Assembly (NCBI RefSeq): GCF_001644705.1
Contig: NZ_CP015137.1
Coordinates: 690,001-722,000, forward strand
Origin: Dickeya solani IPO 2222
GTDB taxonomy: Bacteria > Pseudomonadota > Gammaproteobacteria > Enterobacterales > Enterobacteriaceae
Length of the DNA: 32,000 nt
Direction: 5' to 3'
The stretch's first letter is position 1, and each line of letters starts with the position of its first letter. The position numbers were made by a program, and so were the translations under genes. The notes beneath the pieces were generated by a model. That model made no database searches. It had not been told where the DNA came from and worked only from the letters and a program-made list of their open reading frames with translations. Below are positions 17,471 to 28,468 of the stretch, piece after piece.

Positions 17471-17916
17471 TATTATAGGACGCAGATTCAACATTAAAAA
17501 ATGGGAATCCCTGTGAATATGTGCCGATTAAAAGTGTGCTAAGGTATACCAAATGCCATACAACTAAGGCCGGTTTGACATCCGCAGGCACCATCACATG
17601 TGATCACAGCCAGAATAGTGGCGGCAATTCCACTCGCTATATCCTAAATAATGCAAATTGCAGGAAGACAACGACGCAGCCAATCCCCGATAGCAGTGAT
17701 TGACACACACGTGAACTCATTCCCGGAAAGGCACTGCGACTGGCTATGCCAGGTTATTTTGGCAAGCCAGGCAGCCCATCAAAGGTGTTTATACAGATAA
17801 GACAAAGGTAACCATTAAATATTAATTAATCGAAAAAAATAAACTAAAGACTATAATATTAACAGCCGTTTTATTTTTCAGGCCAGATTTCCGGTCGTTA
17901 CATTCTGGTTTTAACG

Positions 17917-18195
17917 ATGTATCAAACTATTGAAGAAAATCGTACGGTTCCATTATCTGGCTGGAAAAATAAATCGTTGCAGGATAAAAAATTACAGATA
18001 CAGGATAAGATTCATGCCCGTCTGAGTAATGCGATTTTCAAAAGCAGGCTCGCTACCGTAGCGATATCACTAAAGGTTTTCTGGGTGAGGAACAGACCGG
18101 AAAACTATGTAGTGGAAAATATACAGTGGAAAATAAGACCGGGTGCCTTCGCCTGCCAGCAACCAGCACTGATTGATAACATTCCGCCGCGCTGA
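17917..18195 (+). CDS. hypothetical 92-aa ORF in the AT-rich spacer (coding status doubtful)
   Basis: The only ORF over 75 aa in 16.9-18.3 kb. It has no SD, is AT-rich relative to the neighbouring genes, and belongs to no family I recognise. Confidence 0.2.
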   Translation: MYQTIEENRTVPLSGWKNKSLQDKKLQIQDKIHARLSNAIFKSRLATVAISLKVFWVRNRPENYVVENIQWKIRPGAFACQQPALIDNIPPR

Positions 18196-18299
18196 TCAAA
18201 AAAGAAAAATAGCATCGGTGCACACGTGAAATGACGACGGGGATCCAACGCCGGCTCCCCGCCCTGTCATGCCGTGCCGCCGCGGCTTACGCTCAGCGA

Positions 18300-19262
18300 T
18301 CAGGCGCTGGCGGCATTCAGTTGTTCAATCTCCTGAGACGTCAGCGTCAGCCGGGTCGCGCTGGCCAGTTCCGCCACCTGTTCGACCGAGGTGGCGCTGA
18401 CTATCGGCGACGTTACGCCGGGCCGGGCAATCAGCCACGCCAGCGCCACCTGGCCCGGCGTAGTGCGGTGCGCTTCGGCCACCTGATCCAGCGCGTTAAG
18501 GATCGCCAGACCGCGCGGGTTGAGGTAGCGCGCCACCACGCCCTGACCACGCGCGCTTTTTGCGGCATCGGCAGCGGTACGGTATTTGCCGGACAAAAAG
18601 CCGCTCGCCAGCGAATAATACCCGATCACCCCCAGCCCGTTAGCCTTCACCACCGGCTCCAGCGTGGCTTCATAGTGCTGGCGATCGTACAGATTGTATT
18701 CCGGTTGCAGGGTTTCATAACGCGCCAGATGGTTATCCTTGCTGACCTGCAACGCCTGCGCCAAACGTTCGCCTTCGTAATTGGATGCGCCGATGGCGCG
18801 TACCTTGCCTTCGCGAATCAGCGCATCGAACGCCGATAGCGTCTCTTCCAGCGGGGTACTTTTATCATCGTCATGGGATTGATACAGGTCGATATAGTCG
18901 GTCTGCAGGCGACGCAGCGAATCTTCTACCGCCCGGCGAATATAGGCGGCTGACAACCCGTGTCGATCGTCGCCCATGTCCTTGCCTACTTTGGTGGCGA
19001 TAATCACGCGGTCGCGGTTTCCACGCTGTTTCAGCCAGTTGCCAATAATGCTTTCCGACTCGCCGCCTTTATTGCCCGGCGCCCAGGTCGAATACACATC
19101 GGCGGTATCAATAAAGTGCAGCCCTTGATCCAGCAGGGCGTCCAGCACCCGAAACGAGGCTGACTCGTCAATAGTCCAGCCAAACACGTTGCCGCCGAAA
19201 GTCAGCAACGGCACCCGAATTCCCGATTGTCCCAGTTCACGTAATGCGTCAGACGCAAGCAT
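18300..19262 (-). CDS. aldo-keto reductase family oxidoreductase
   Basis: ...LGQSGIRVPLLTFGGNVFGW...LDALLDQGLHFIDTADVYS...IIATKVG...DYIDLYQSHDDD...GKVRAIGASNY... carries the AKR catalytic and NADP motifs. I prefer ATG 19262 (SD aaggag 6 nt upstream); ATG 19268 is an alternative. Confidence 0.9.
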   Translation of the reverse strand: MLASDALRELGQSGIRVPLLTFGGNVFGWTIDESASFRVLDALLDQGLHFIDTADVYSTWAPGNKGGESESIIGNWLKQRGNRDRVIIATKVGKDMGDDRHGLSAAYIRRAVEDSLRRLQTDYIDLYQSHDDDKSTPLEETLSAFDALIREGKVRAIGASNYEGERLAQALQVSKDNHLARYETLQPEYNLYDRQHYEATLEPVVKANGLGVIGYYSLASGFLSGKYRTAADAAKSARGQGVVARYLNPRGLAILNALDQVAEAHRTTPGQVALAWLIARPGVTSPIVSATSVEQVAELASATRLTLTSQEIEQLNAASA

Positions 19263-19516
19263 TGTCATCTCCTTGTGTTGTTTCCCAGCCCGACGAGGTT
19301 GCCGGCGGGGAATCTTCATCACAGCATTTTCCGGTCAAACATGATGAAATCGTCCTGATATCACCCAGACAGAAGTGAATGCTATGAGACCCACGCTTTA
19401 GTTTAGGTTATTTTCCGCGATATAATCTCGCTTTTGCGCCTTACGTCTCATTTTAAGCGCAATCGTTACATAAAATGACGACCAAAAATCGGCCCCTATC
19501 ATAATTTGGAGCAAAC

Positions 19517-20698
19517 ATGTCCAACATTCTGCAATTTATTCTGGCGTTGCTCGTTGTCGCCGGCCTGTCACTGCTGGTGTGCCGCGATCGCAAAAGCATT
19601 CGCGTCAGGTATATTGTTCAACTTTTAGTCATTGAAATCCTGCTTGCCTATTTCTTCCTTTATTCCAGCGCAGGCTTGGGTTTCGTAAAAGGCTTTGCGA
19701 GTCTGTTTGACAAGCTGCTCGGTTTCGCTGGCGAAGGCACCACCTTCGTCTTCGGCAATATCGGTAACAATAGCTTCGTGTTCTTCCTGAAAGTACTGTG
19801 TCCGATCGTGTTCATTTCCGCGCTGATCGGTATTTTGCAGCACATCAAAGTCCTGCCGTTCATCATCCGGTTGATCGGCACCGTGTTGTCCAAGGTCAAC
19901 GGCATGGGCAAACTGGAATCCTTCAACGCCGTCAGTTCGCTGATTCTGGGCCAGTCTGAAAACTTCATCGCTTATAAAGACATTCTGGGGCAGATGTCCG
20001 AGAAGCGGATGTACACCATGGCCGCCACCGCCATGTCCACGGTATCGATGTCGATCGTCGGCGCCTATATGTCGATGCTGGACGCCAAATACGTTGTGGC
20101 GGCGTTGGTGCTCAACATGTTCAGCACCTTTATCGTGCTGTCGCTCATCAACCCCTACGACACCAACGAAGAGAAAGAGCTGCACCTGAGCAATCTGCAC
20201 GAAGGTCAGAGCTTCTTTGAAATGCTGGGCGAATACATTCTGGCGGGTTTCAAGGTCGCGGTGATCGTCGCCGCCATGCTGATCGGTTTCATCGCGCTGA
20301 TCGCCGGCATCAACGCCCTGTTCAGCGCCGCGTTCGGTCTGAGCTTCCAGGAAGTGCTGGGTTACGCGTTCTATCCGCTCGCCTGGGTGATGGGCATTCC
20401 GAAAGCCGAAGCGCTGCAGGTGGGGAGTATTATGGCGACCAAACTGGTCTCCAACGAATTCGTCGCCATGATGGAGATGCAGAAAGTGGCAGGCCAACTG
20501 TCGCCGCGCAGCGTCGGCATCCTGTCGGTCTTCCTGGTGTCTTTCGCCAACTTCTCGTCGATCGGCATCGTGGCCGGGGCGATCAAAGGGCTGAACGAAA
20601 TGCAGGGCAACACCGTTTCCCGTTTCGGCCTGAAACTGGTGTACGGCTCCACGCTGGTCAGCCTGCTGTCCGCCGCCGTTGCCGGACTGGTGCTGTAA
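19517..20698 (+). CDS. nupC: nucleoside:H+ symporter, NupC (CNT) family
   Basis: ...[20 protein letters not shown]...[24 protein letters not shown]...[30 protein letters not shown]...[19 protein letters not shown]... is very close to my recollection of E. coli NupC. Confidence 0.95.
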   Translation: MSNILQFILALLVVAGLSLLVCRDRKSIRVRYIVQLLVIEILLAYFFLYSSAGLGFVKGFASLFDKLLGFAGEGTTFVFGNIGNNSFVFFLKVLCPIVFISALIGILQHIKVLPFIIRLIGTVLSKVNGMGKLESFNAVSSLILGQSENFIAYKDILGQMSEKRMYTMAATAMSTVSMSIVGAYMSMLDAKYVVAALVLNMFSTFIVLSLINPYDTNEEKELHLSNLHEGQSFFEMLGEYILAGFKVAVIVAAMLIGFIALIAGINALFSAAFGLSFQEVLGYAFYPLAWVMGIPKAEALQVGSIMATKLVSNEFVAMMEMQKVAGQLSPRSVGILSVFLVSFANFSSIGIVAGAIKGLNEMQGNTVSRFGLKLVYGSTLVSLLSAAVAGLVL

Positions 20699-20743
20699 CT
20701 CCAGCGTCTTGAGAGCGACATCTCGCTGACACACCCGGCATTC

Positions 20744-20780
20744 AATCCCCGGCGTTCACCGCGCCGGGGATTCTTTTTCT
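20744..20780 (+). terminator. rho-independent terminator of nupC
   Basis: aatccccggcg (20744-20754) pairs with cgccggggatt (20762-20772) as a perfect 11-bp stem. It is followed by ctttttct. Confidence 0.88.
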
Positions 20781-20795
20781 ACAAACCCTGACATA

Positions 20796-20821
20796 TCTTC
20801 CATATTTCCTCCATTTTTGTC
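20796..20821 (+). promoter_or_regulatory. candidate BaeR binding site (direct repeat) upstream of mdtA
   Basis: tcttccata-tttcctccatttttgtc. The 17-mer at 20805-20821 matches the published E. coli BaeR box TTTTTCTCCATDATTGGC (as I recall it) at 14 of 17 aligned positions. An imperfect upstream repeat (tCTTCCATa / tCCTCCATt) precedes it. A CATAAT -10 candidate lies at 20847-20852 with a poor -35. Confidence 0.5.
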
Positions 20822-20910
20822 CTCCGTTCACTGTTTAAACTAGTATCATAATATTCAGTGTTTCATGGGCTTATCTTGGCCTGTGCTGATTGGAGGTTCC
20901 TTCCATAACT

Positions 20911-22155
20911 ATGAACGCCGCACGCTTATTTCGTTTCCTGATACTGGCTGTCGTTATTGCCGCGGCGTTTTTCGCCTGGCGTTATTTCCATCCATCACAA
21001 CCAGAACCCGTCAACGGGGCAACCAGCACACAGCAATCCGCCCGTCAGGGACAAGGCCGGAGCGGCGGCGGGCGTCGCGGCTCCACGGCGCCGCCGCCGG
21101 TACAGGCCGCTCTCTCCTCTTCGTCCTCGGTGCCTTATTACCTGTCGGGCCTGGGTACGGTTACCGCCGCCAATACCGTCACGGTGCACAGCCGGGTCAG
21201 CGGTCAGTTGATGGCAATCCACTTTCAGGAAGGGCAACAGGTCAAAGAAGGCGAATTGCTGGCGGAAATCGATCCGCGGCCGTTCGACGTCGCGCTGACG
21301 CAGGCGCAGGGGCAACTGGCTAAAGATCAGGCGCTGCTGGTCAATGCCCGTCAGGATCTGACCCGCTACCAGCAACTGTCCAAAACCAGTCTGGTTTCCG
21401 GCCAGCAACTGGACACCCAGCAATCGCTGGTGCGCCAGTATGAAGCGACGGTGAAATCGGATCAGGGTTCGGTCGCCAGCGCGCAGTTGCAGCTGGATTA
21501 CAGCCGTATCACCGCGCCGTTTAGCGGCCGTGTCGGTCTGCGCCAGATTGACATCGGCAACTACGTCACCAGCACCGACAATCTGCTGGTGTTAACGCAA
21601 ACCCACCCGATCGACGCCGTTTTCACCGTGCCGGAAAGCGATATCGCCACCGTGCTGAAAGCGCAAAAATCCGGTCAGCCGGTACTGGTGGAAGCCTGGG
21701 ATCGCGCCAATCAACACATTCTCTCTCAGGGCCGGTTGCAGAGCATGGATAACCAGATCGACGCCACCACCGGCACCATCAAGCTAAAAGCCCGCTTCGA
21801 CAACACCGACGATGCGCTGTTCCCCAACCAGTTCGTCAACATCAAGATGAAAGTGGATACCCTGCAAAATGTGGTGGTGGCGCCGTCGGCCGCGATCCAG
21901 ATGGGTAACGAAGGGCACTTTATCTGGGTACTGAACGACCAGGATCAGGTCAACAAACACATCGTCACCACCGGTATTCAGTACGGCCAGCAAACCGTGG
22001 TCTCGACCGGGTTGAACGCCGGCGAACGGGTGGTCACCGACGGGATCGATCGCCTGACCGAAGGCGCCCGCGTTGAAGTGCTGGCGCCCGCGGCGGCGGA
22101 TGCCAAATCCACCGCCGGCACGGAAAAACGTCAGCATAAAGCGGAGAAATCCTGA
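20911..22155 (+). CDS. mdtA: RND efflux membrane-fusion protein MdtA
   Basis: ...[52 protein letters not shown]...[16 protein letters not shown]...[18 protein letters not shown]... is collinear with E. coli MdtA. Its stop overlaps the mdtB ATG (TGATG). Confidence 0.95.
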   Translation: MNAARLFRFLILAVVIAAAFFAWRYFHPSQPEPVNGATSTQQSARQGQGRSGGGRRGSTAPPPVQAALSSSSSVPYYLSGLGTVTAANTVTVHSRVSGQLMAIHFQEGQQVKEGELLAEIDPRPFDVALTQAQGQLAKDQALLVNARQDLTRYQQLSKTSLVSGQQLDTQQSLVRQYEATVKSDQGSVASAQLQLDYSRITAPFSGRVGLRQIDIGNYVTSTDNLLVLTQTHPIDAVFTVPESDIATVLKAQKSGQPVLVEAWDRANQHILSQGRLQSMDNQIDATTGTIKLKARFDNTDDALFPNQFVNIKMKVDTLQNVVVAPSAAIQMGNEGHFIWVLNDQDQVNKHIVTTGIQYGQQTVVSTGLNAGERVVTDGIDRLTEGARVEVLAPAAADAKSTAGTEKRQHKAEKS

Positions 22156-25100
22156 TGCAGGAGCCGACGCCGTTACAGGACGCCACGCCGCTCGACGGCG
22201 GCGGGCCGTCGCGCCTGTTTATCCTCCGGCCGATTGCCACCACGCTGCTGATGATCGCCATCCTGCTGGCCGGGATCGTCGGCTATCGCGCATTGCCGGT
22301 CTCCGCGCTGCCGGAGGTGGACTACCCGACGATTCAGGTTGTTACGCTGTACCCCGGCGCCAGTCCGGACGTCATGACCTCAGCGGTCACCGCGCCGCTG
22401 GAACACCAGTTTGGCAGCATGTCCGGCCTCAAGCAGATGTCGAGCCAAAGCTCCGGCGGCTCGTCGGTGATCACGCTGCAATTCCAGCTTACGCTGCCGC
22501 TGGATGTGGCGGAACAGGATGTGCAGGCGGCCATTAACGCCGCCACCAATCTGCTGCCTAGCGATCTGCCTTTTCCGCCCACCTACAGCAAGGTCAACCC
22601 GGCGGACCCGCCGATCATGACGCTGGCAGTCACCTCCACCGCCCTGCCGCTGACGCAGGTGCAGGACATGATCGAAACGCGCATCGCGCAGAAAATTGCC
22701 CAGGTGGAGGGCGTCGGGCTGGTCACCCTGGCCGGCGGACAACGGCCGTCGGTGCGGGTTAAACTCAATCCGGGCGCTCTGGCTGCCTATGGCCTGAGCA
22801 GCGAAACGGTGCGCACCGCCATCACCGCCGCCAACGTCAACACCCCCAAAGGCAGCTTTGACGGCCCGGCGCGTTCGGTCACGCTATCCGCCAACGACCA
22901 GATGCGTTCGCTCGACGATTACCGCCAGTTGATCATTACCTGGAAAAACAATGCCCCGGTGCGACTGCAGGATGTCGCCACGGTGGATCAGGCGGCGGAA
23001 AACACCTATCTGGCGGCGTGGGCCAACCAAAATCAGGCAATTGTCCTCAACATTCAGCGTCAGCCGGGAGCCAACGTAATTGCCACCGCCGACCATATCC
23101 GCAGCCTGCTGCCGACGCTGAAAGCCAGCTTGCCCAAATCGGTGGATGTCGCCCTGCTCACCGACCGCACCACCACTATCCGCGCGTCGGTAGGCGATGT
23201 GCAGTTTGAGCTGATTTTGGCTATCGCATTGGTAGTGATGGTGATTTACCTGTTTCTGCGCAACGCGGTGGCGACACTGATCCCCAGCATCGCGGTGCCG
23301 TTGTCGCTGGTGGGCACCTTCGCCGCCATGTATTTTCTCGGTTTTTCGATCAACAACCTGACGCTGATGGCGCTAACCATCGCCACCGGCTTCGTGGTAG
23401 ATGACGCCATCGTGGTGATCGAAAACATCGCCCGTTACATCGAGAAAGGCGAAAAACCGCTGCAGGCGGCGCTGAAAGGCGCGGGGGAAATCGGCTTTAC
23501 CATCATCTCGCTGACCTTTTCGCTGATCGCGGTGCTGATCCCTCTGCTGTTTATGGGCGATATCATCGGCCGCTTGTTCCGCGAGTTCGCCGTGACGCTG
23601 GCGGTATCGATTCTGATCTCCGCCGTGGTGTCGCTAACGCTGACGCCGATGATGTGCGCACGCCTGCTCAGCCATCATTCACTGAGCCAGCAGAACCGCT
23701 TTACCCGCGCCAGCGAACAGTTCTTTGATTGGGTCATCGCGTGGTACGGCCGCGGCCTGACGCGGGTGCTCAGCCATCCGTGGATTACCCTCTGCGTCGC
23801 GCTGAGCACGCTGGTGTTGACCATCCTGCTGTATATCGTGATCCCCAAAGGCTTTTTCCCGATACAGGACAACGGCATCATTCAGGGCACCGTGCAGGCG
23901 TCGCAAACCATCTCCTTCACCGGCATGGTGGACAAACAGCAGCAGGTCACCGCTCTGATCATGCAAGACCCGGCGGTGGAAAGCGTCTCGTCGTTTATCG
24001 GCGTCGACGGCACCAATCCGTCGCTCAACAGCGGCAGATTGCAGATCAACCTGAAGCCGTTGGATGAACGCAGCGACCGTATTCAGGGCGTGATTGAACG
24101 ACTGCAACAACGGACGTCCGCCCTGCCCGGCGTGCAGCTTTATCTGCAACCGGTGCAGGATCTGACTATCGATACCCAGGTCAGCCGCACCCAGTACCAG
24201 TTCACCCTGCAAACCATGTCGCTGGATGAGCTCAGCACCTGGGTGCCGAAGCTGACCGCCGAGCTACAGAAGCTACCGCAGTTGCAGGATGTCAGCAGCG
24301 ACTGGCAGGACAGCGGCGCGGTGGCCTACCTCAAGGTCAACCGCGACAGCGCCAGTCGTCTCGGCATCACCATGTCGCAGGTGGACAGCGCGCTGTACAA
24401 CGCCTTCGGTCAGCGGCTGATCTCCACCATTTACACCCAGTCCAACCAGTATCGGGTGGTGCTGGAGCAGCGCCATGACAGCAGCAACGGATTGGCGGCG
24501 CTGAACGATATCCGGTTGATCAACAGCAGCGGCGGCGTGGTGCCGCTCAGCAGCATCGCCTCGGTGGAAGAGCGTCAGGGGCCGCTGTCGATCAATCACA
24601 TCGATCAGTTCCCCTCCACCACCATTTCGTTCAACGTGGCCTCCGGCTACGCGCTGGGCGATGCGGTGAAAGCCATTCAGGAAACGCAGCAGCAGATGCA
24701 GTTACCCAGCGATATCATTACCCGCTTTCAGGGTAGTACGCTGGCGTTCCAGTCGGCGCTGACCAGCACCATCTGGCTGGTGGTGGCCGCGGTGGTGGCG
24801 ATGTATATCGTGCTGGGCGTGCTGTATGAAAGTTTTATCCACCCGGTCACTATTTTGTCCACCCTGCCGACCGCCGGGGTCGGCGCGCTGCTGGCGTTGA
24901 TGATCGCGGGCAGCGATCTGAACATCATCGCCATCATCGGCATCATTTTGCTGATCGGCATCGTGAAGAAGAACGCCATCATGATGATCGATTTTGCGCT
25001 GGCCGCCGAACGCGAACAGGGGATGACGCCGTATCAGGCCATTTATCAGGCCTGCCTGCTGCGTTTCCGCCCGATCCTGATGACCACGATGGCGGCGCTG

Positions 25101-25295
25101 CTCAGCGCCGTGCCGCTGATGTTCAGTACCGGCGTAGGCGCGGAGCTACGCCGCCCGCTCGGCATCTGTATGGTTGGCGGTCTGGTGATGAGTCAGGTGC
25201 TGACGCTGTTCACCACGCCGGTGATTTACCTGCTGTTTGACCGTTTGGCGCATCGCCTGCGCCGCCGCCAGCCGCAGGAAGGGGAAGCACAGTGA
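22155..25295 (+). CDS. mdtB: RND efflux pump subunit MdtB
   Basis: This 1046-aa RND transporter is highly similar to my recollection of E. coli MdtB ([18 protein letters not shown]..., ...[12 protein letters not shown]..., ...[15 protein letters not shown]...). Confidence 0.96.
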   Translation: MQEPTPLQDATPLDGGGPSRLFILRPIATTLLMIAILLAGIVGYRALPVSALPEVDYPTIQVVTLYPGASPDVMTSAVTAPLEHQFGSMSGLKQMSSQSSGGSSVITLQFQLTLPLDVAEQDVQAAINAATNLLPSDLPFPPTYSKVNPADPPIMTLAVTSTALPLTQVQDMIETRIAQKIAQVEGVGLVTLAGGQRPSVRVKLNPGALAAYGLSSETVRTAITAANVNTPKGSFDGPARSVTLSANDQMRSLDDYRQLIITWKNNAPVRLQDVATVDQAAENTYLAAWANQNQAIVLNIQRQPGANVIATADHIRSLLPTLKASLPKSVDVALLTDRTTTIRASVGDVQFELILAIALVVMVIYLFLRNAVATLIPSIAVPLSLVGTFAAMYFLGFSINNLTLMALTIATGFVVDDAIVVIENIARYIEKGEKPLQAALKGAGEIGFTIISLTFSLIAVLIPLLFMGDIIGRLFREFAVTLAVSILISAVVSLTLTPMMCARLLSHHSLSQQNRFTRASEQFFDWVIAWYGRGLTRVLSHPWITLCVALSTLVLTILLYIVIPKGFFPIQDNGIIQGTVQASQTISFTGMVDKQQQVTALIMQDPAVESVSSFIGVDGTNPSLNSGRLQINLKPLDERSDRIQGVIERLQQRTSALPGVQLYLQPVQDLTIDTQVSRTQYQFTLQTMSLDELSTWVPKLTAELQKLPQLQDVSSDWQDSGAVAYLKVNRDSASRLGITMSQVDSALYNAFGQRLISTIYTQSNQYRVVLEQRHDSSNGLAALNDIRLINSSGGVVPLSSIASVEERQGPLSINHIDQFPSTTISFNVASGYALGDAVKAIQETQQQMQLPSDIITRFQGSTLAFQSALTSTIWLVVAAVVAMYIVLGVLYESFIHPVTILSTLPTAGVGALLALMIAGSDLNIIAIIGIILLIGIVKKNAIMMIDFALAAEREQGMTPYQAIYQACLLRFRPILMTTMAALLSAVPLMFSTGVGAELRRPLGICMVGGLVMSQVLTLFTTPVIYLLFDRLAHRLRRRQPQEGEAQ

Positions 25296-28200
25296 AGTTC
25301 TTCGCGCTGTTTATCCATCGCCCGGTCGCCACCACATTGCTGGCGCTGGCGATAGCGCTGTGCGGCTTGCTCGGCTATCAGTTGCTGCCGGTGTCGCCGC
25401 TGCCGCAGGTGGACTACCCGGTGATTTCGGTCACCGCCACCTTGCCCGGCGCATCGCCGGAAACCATGGCGTCGTCGGTGGCGACGCCGCTGGAGCGCTC
25501 GCTGGGCCGCATAGCCGGCGTCAATGAAATGACGTCGATGAGTTCGCTGGGCAATACCCGCATCATCCTGCAGTTTGCGCTGGAGCGCGACATCAACGGC
25601 GCGGCCCGTGACGTGCAGGCGGCGATCAACGCCGCGCAAAGTCTGTTGCCGAGCAGCATGCCGAGCCGCCCCTATTACCGTAAAGTGAACCCGTCCGATG
25701 CGCCGATCATGATCATGACGCTGACATCGGACACCTACGGTCCCGGCCAGTTGTACGACTACGCCTCCACCCAGATCGCCCAGCGCGTCTCGCAGATCGA
25801 CGGTGTCGGCGACGTCACCATCGGCGGCAGTTCGTTGCCGGCGGTACGGGTGGCGCTCAACCCGCAGGCGCTGTTCAACCAGGGCGTATCGCTGGACGCC
25901 GTGCGCCAGTCGATCGCCCAATCCAACGTGCGCCAGCCGCTCGGCAGCGTGGACAGCGGCAGCACCCACTACCAGATTCAGACCAACGACGAGTTGAAGA
26001 CCGCAGACGTCTATCGCTCGCTGATCATCCACTACAACAATGGCGCACCGGTACGCCTGAGCGACGTGGCGACGGTGAAGGATTCGGTGCAGAACGTGCT
26101 CAACGCCGGGATGACCAACGCCAAACCCGCCATTCTGGTGATGATCCGCCGGGCGCCGGACGCCAATATCATTTCCACCGTGGATGCCATCCGCGCCTCC
26201 ATGCCGGAACTGCAGGCCATGCTACCCGCGTCGATCAATCTGGATATCGCGCAGGACCGCTCGCCCACCATTCGTGCCTCGCTGCGCGACGTGGAACGGT
26301 CGCTGACCATCGCGGTATCGCTGGTGATTCTGGTGGTATTCCTGTTCCTGCGCTCCGGACGCGCTACGCTGATCCCGGCCATCGCCGTGCCGGTGTCGTT
26401 GATTGGCACCTTCTCCGCCATGTACCTGTGCGGTTTCAGTCTCAACAACCTGTCGCTGATGGCGCTAACCGTCGCCACCGGCTTCGTGGTGGATGACGCC
26501 ATCGTGGTGCTGGAGAACATTTCCCGTCATATCGAAGCCGGCATGAAGCCGCTGCAAGCCTCATTGCAAGGGGTGCGGGAGGTCGGCTTTACCGTGGTGT
26601 CGATGAGCCTGTCGCTGATCGCGGTGTTTATTCCGCTGCTGTTTATGGACGGCCTGCCGGGGCGCTTGTTCCGCGAGTTCTCAATTACGCTGTCGGTGGC
26701 GATCCTGATTTCATTGCTGGTGTCCATCACGCTGACGCCGATGATGTGCGCCCGATTGCTGCGCCCCCACCTGCCCCGCAGCCAGCCGCGCACCCGCGGT
26801 TTCAACCGGTTGCTGCTCGGGTTGCAGCAAGGTTACGGCCGCAGTCTGCGATGGGTGCTGAACCACTCGCGCTGGGTGATGATGGTGCTGCTGGGTACTA
26901 TCGGTCTGAGCGTCTGGTTATATATCAGCATTCCCAAAACCTTCTTCCCCGAGCAGGACACCGGCCGGCTGATGGGCTTTATCCAGGCCGACCAGAGCAT
27001 CTCTTTCCAGGCGATGAAGCGCAAACTGCAGGATTTCATGACCATTGTGCGCGCCGACCCGGCGGTGGATAACGTCACCGGCTTTACCGGCGGTATGCGC
27101 ACCAACAGCGGCTCGATGTTCATCAGCCTGAAACCGCTGGCGCAGCGTGACGTCAGCGCCCAGCAGGTGATAACCCGGCTGCGCGCCAACCTGGCGAAAG
27201 AGCCGGGCGCCAATCTGTACCTGATGGCGGTGCAGGACGTGCGCATCGGCGGGCGCGAGGCCAACGGCGGTTACCAGTTCTCGCTGCTGTCGGATGACCT
27301 GTCGGTGTTGAGAACCTGGGAGCCGAAAATCCGCGATGCCCTGAGCAAGCTGCCGCAACTGGCGGACGTCAATTCCGACCAGCAGGACAAGGGCGCCGAG
27401 CTGATGATGGTGTACGACCGCGACGCGATGGCGCGCCTCGGCATCAACGTCTCCAGCGTCAATACGCTGCTGAACAGCGCCTTCGGCCAGCGCCAGATCT
27501 CCACCATCTACCAGCCGATGAACCAGTACAAGGTGGTGATGGAGGTGGATTCAGCCTACACCCAGGACCCGAGCTCACTGGATAAGATGTTCGTGATCAA
27601 CAACGACGGCAAACCGATACCGCTCTCGTTCTTCGCCCGCTGGCAACCGGCCAATGCGCCGCTGGCGGTCAACCATCAGGGGCTGTCGGCCGCCGCCACC
27701 CTCTCCTTCAACCTGCCGGAAGGCGCCAGCCTGTCGGACGCTACCACCGCCATCGAGCGCACCATGACCGCACTGGGGGTGCCGCCTACCGTGCGGGGCC
27801 AGTTTGCCGGCACCGCGCTGGCATTCCAGCAGTCGCAGCATTCGCAGGTGGTGCTGATCATCGCGGCGATCCTGACGGTCTACATCGTGCTGGGGATACT
27901 GTATGAGAATGTCGCCCACCCGTTGACCATTCTCTCGACCCTGCCGTCCGCCGGGGTCGGCGCGCTGCTGGCGCTGGAGCTGTTTGACAAGCCGTTCAGC
28001 CTGATTGCGCTGATTGGCATTCTGCTGCTGATCGGCATCGTGAAGAAAAACGCCATCATGATGGTGGACTTTGCGCTGGTGGCGCAGCGAGAAGGGAAAT
28101 TGCCGGCGCGCGAGGCGATTTTCCGCGCCTGCATGCTGCGTTTCCGCCCAATCATGATGACCACGATGGCGGCGCTGTTCGGCGCGCTCCCGCTGGTACT

Positions 28201-28381
28201 GAGCAATGGCGACGGCTCGGAGCTGCGCCAGCCGCTCGGTATCACTATCGTCGGCGGGCTGGTAATGAGCCAGTTGCTGACGCTGTACACCACGCCGGTG
28301 GTGTACCTGTTCTTTGATCGTCTGCAATGGCGCCGCCGCGAACGCCCTGACGCGACCGCGCATACCGAACCGTCGGCCTGA
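25292..28381 (+). CDS. mdtC: RND efflux pump subunit MdtC
   Basis: GTG start overlapping the mdtB stop (GTGA). [17 protein letters not shown]... is a 1029-aa RND paralogue, in the order expected for mdtABC. Confidence 0.95.
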   Translation: MKFFALFIHRPVATTLLALAIALCGLLGYQLLPVSPLPQVDYPVISVTATLPGASPETMASSVATPLERSLGRIAGVNEMTSMSSLGNTRIILQFALERDINGAARDVQAAINAAQSLLPSSMPSRPYYRKVNPSDAPIMIMTLTSDTYGPGQLYDYASTQIAQRVSQIDGVGDVTIGGSSLPAVRVALNPQALFNQGVSLDAVRQSIAQSNVRQPLGSVDSGSTHYQIQTNDELKTADVYRSLIIHYNNGAPVRLSDVATVKDSVQNVLNAGMTNAKPAILVMIRRAPDANIISTVDAIRASMPELQAMLPASINLDIAQDRSPTIRASLRDVERSLTIAVSLVILVVFLFLRSGRATLIPAIAVPVSLIGTFSAMYLCGFSLNNLSLMALTVATGFVVDDAIVVLENISRHIEAGMKPLQASLQGVREVGFTVVSMSLSLIAVFIPLLFMDGLPGRLFREFSITLSVAILISLLVSITLTPMMCARLLRPHLPRSQPRTRGFNRLLLGLQQGYGRSLRWVLNHSRWVMMVLLGTIGLSVWLYISIPKTFFPEQDTGRLMGFIQADQSISFQAMKRKLQDFMTIVRADPAVDNVTGFTGGMRTNSGSMFISLKPLAQRDVSAQQVITRLRANLAKEPGANLYLMAVQDVRIGGREANGGYQFSLLSDDLSVLRTWEPKIRDALSKLPQLADVNSDQQDKGAELMMVYDRDAMARLGINVSSVNTLLNSAFGQRQISTIYQPMNQYKVVMEVDSAYTQDPSSLDKMFVINNDGKPIPLSFFARWQPANAPLAVNHQGLSAAATLSFNLPEGASLSDATTAIERTMTALGVPPTVRGQFAGTALAFQQSQHSQVVLIIAAILTVYIVLGILYENVAHPLTILSTLPSAGVGALLALELFDKPFSLIALIGILLLIGIVKKNAIMMVDFALVAQREGKLPAREAIFRACMLRFRPIMMTTMAALFGALPLVLSNGDGSELRQPLGITIVGGLVMSQLLTLYTTPVVYLFFDRLQWRRRERPDATAHTEPSA

Positions 28382-28409
28382 TGCCGCGCCTGCCGTACCT
28401 GTAACAATT

Positions 28410-28429
28410 CGCCGGGGTTCGCCCCGGCG
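28410..28429 (+). other. GC-rich 8-bp hairpin with a UUCG tetraloop in the mdtC-mdtD spacer
   Basis: cgccgggg-ttcg-ccccggcg is perfectly paired. No U-tract follows it, so it is not a canonical terminator. Confidence 0.7.
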
Positions 28430-28468
28430 CCTGCAAGGGACAGGATATTCCCGGGAGTAACACCAAGC

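Noticed and set aside
17593-17604. ATCACATGTGAT considered as a CRP site.
   Set aside because: The TCACA and TGTGA halves are in inverted order and abut with no 6-bp spacer, which is incompatible with the TGTGA-N6-TCACA geometry.
17917-18195. The N-terminus of the 92-aa ORF (MYQTIEEN..PLSGWKNKSL..KK) faintly resembles the MatP N-terminus ([21 protein letters not shown]), and matP is the E. coli neighbour of ompA.
   Set aside because: The resemblance covers only about 10 scattered residues and is lost after position ~25. The ORF is also on the wrong strand for the conserved convergent ompA/matP arrangement. It is probably coincidence, and only an alignment or HMM search could revive it.
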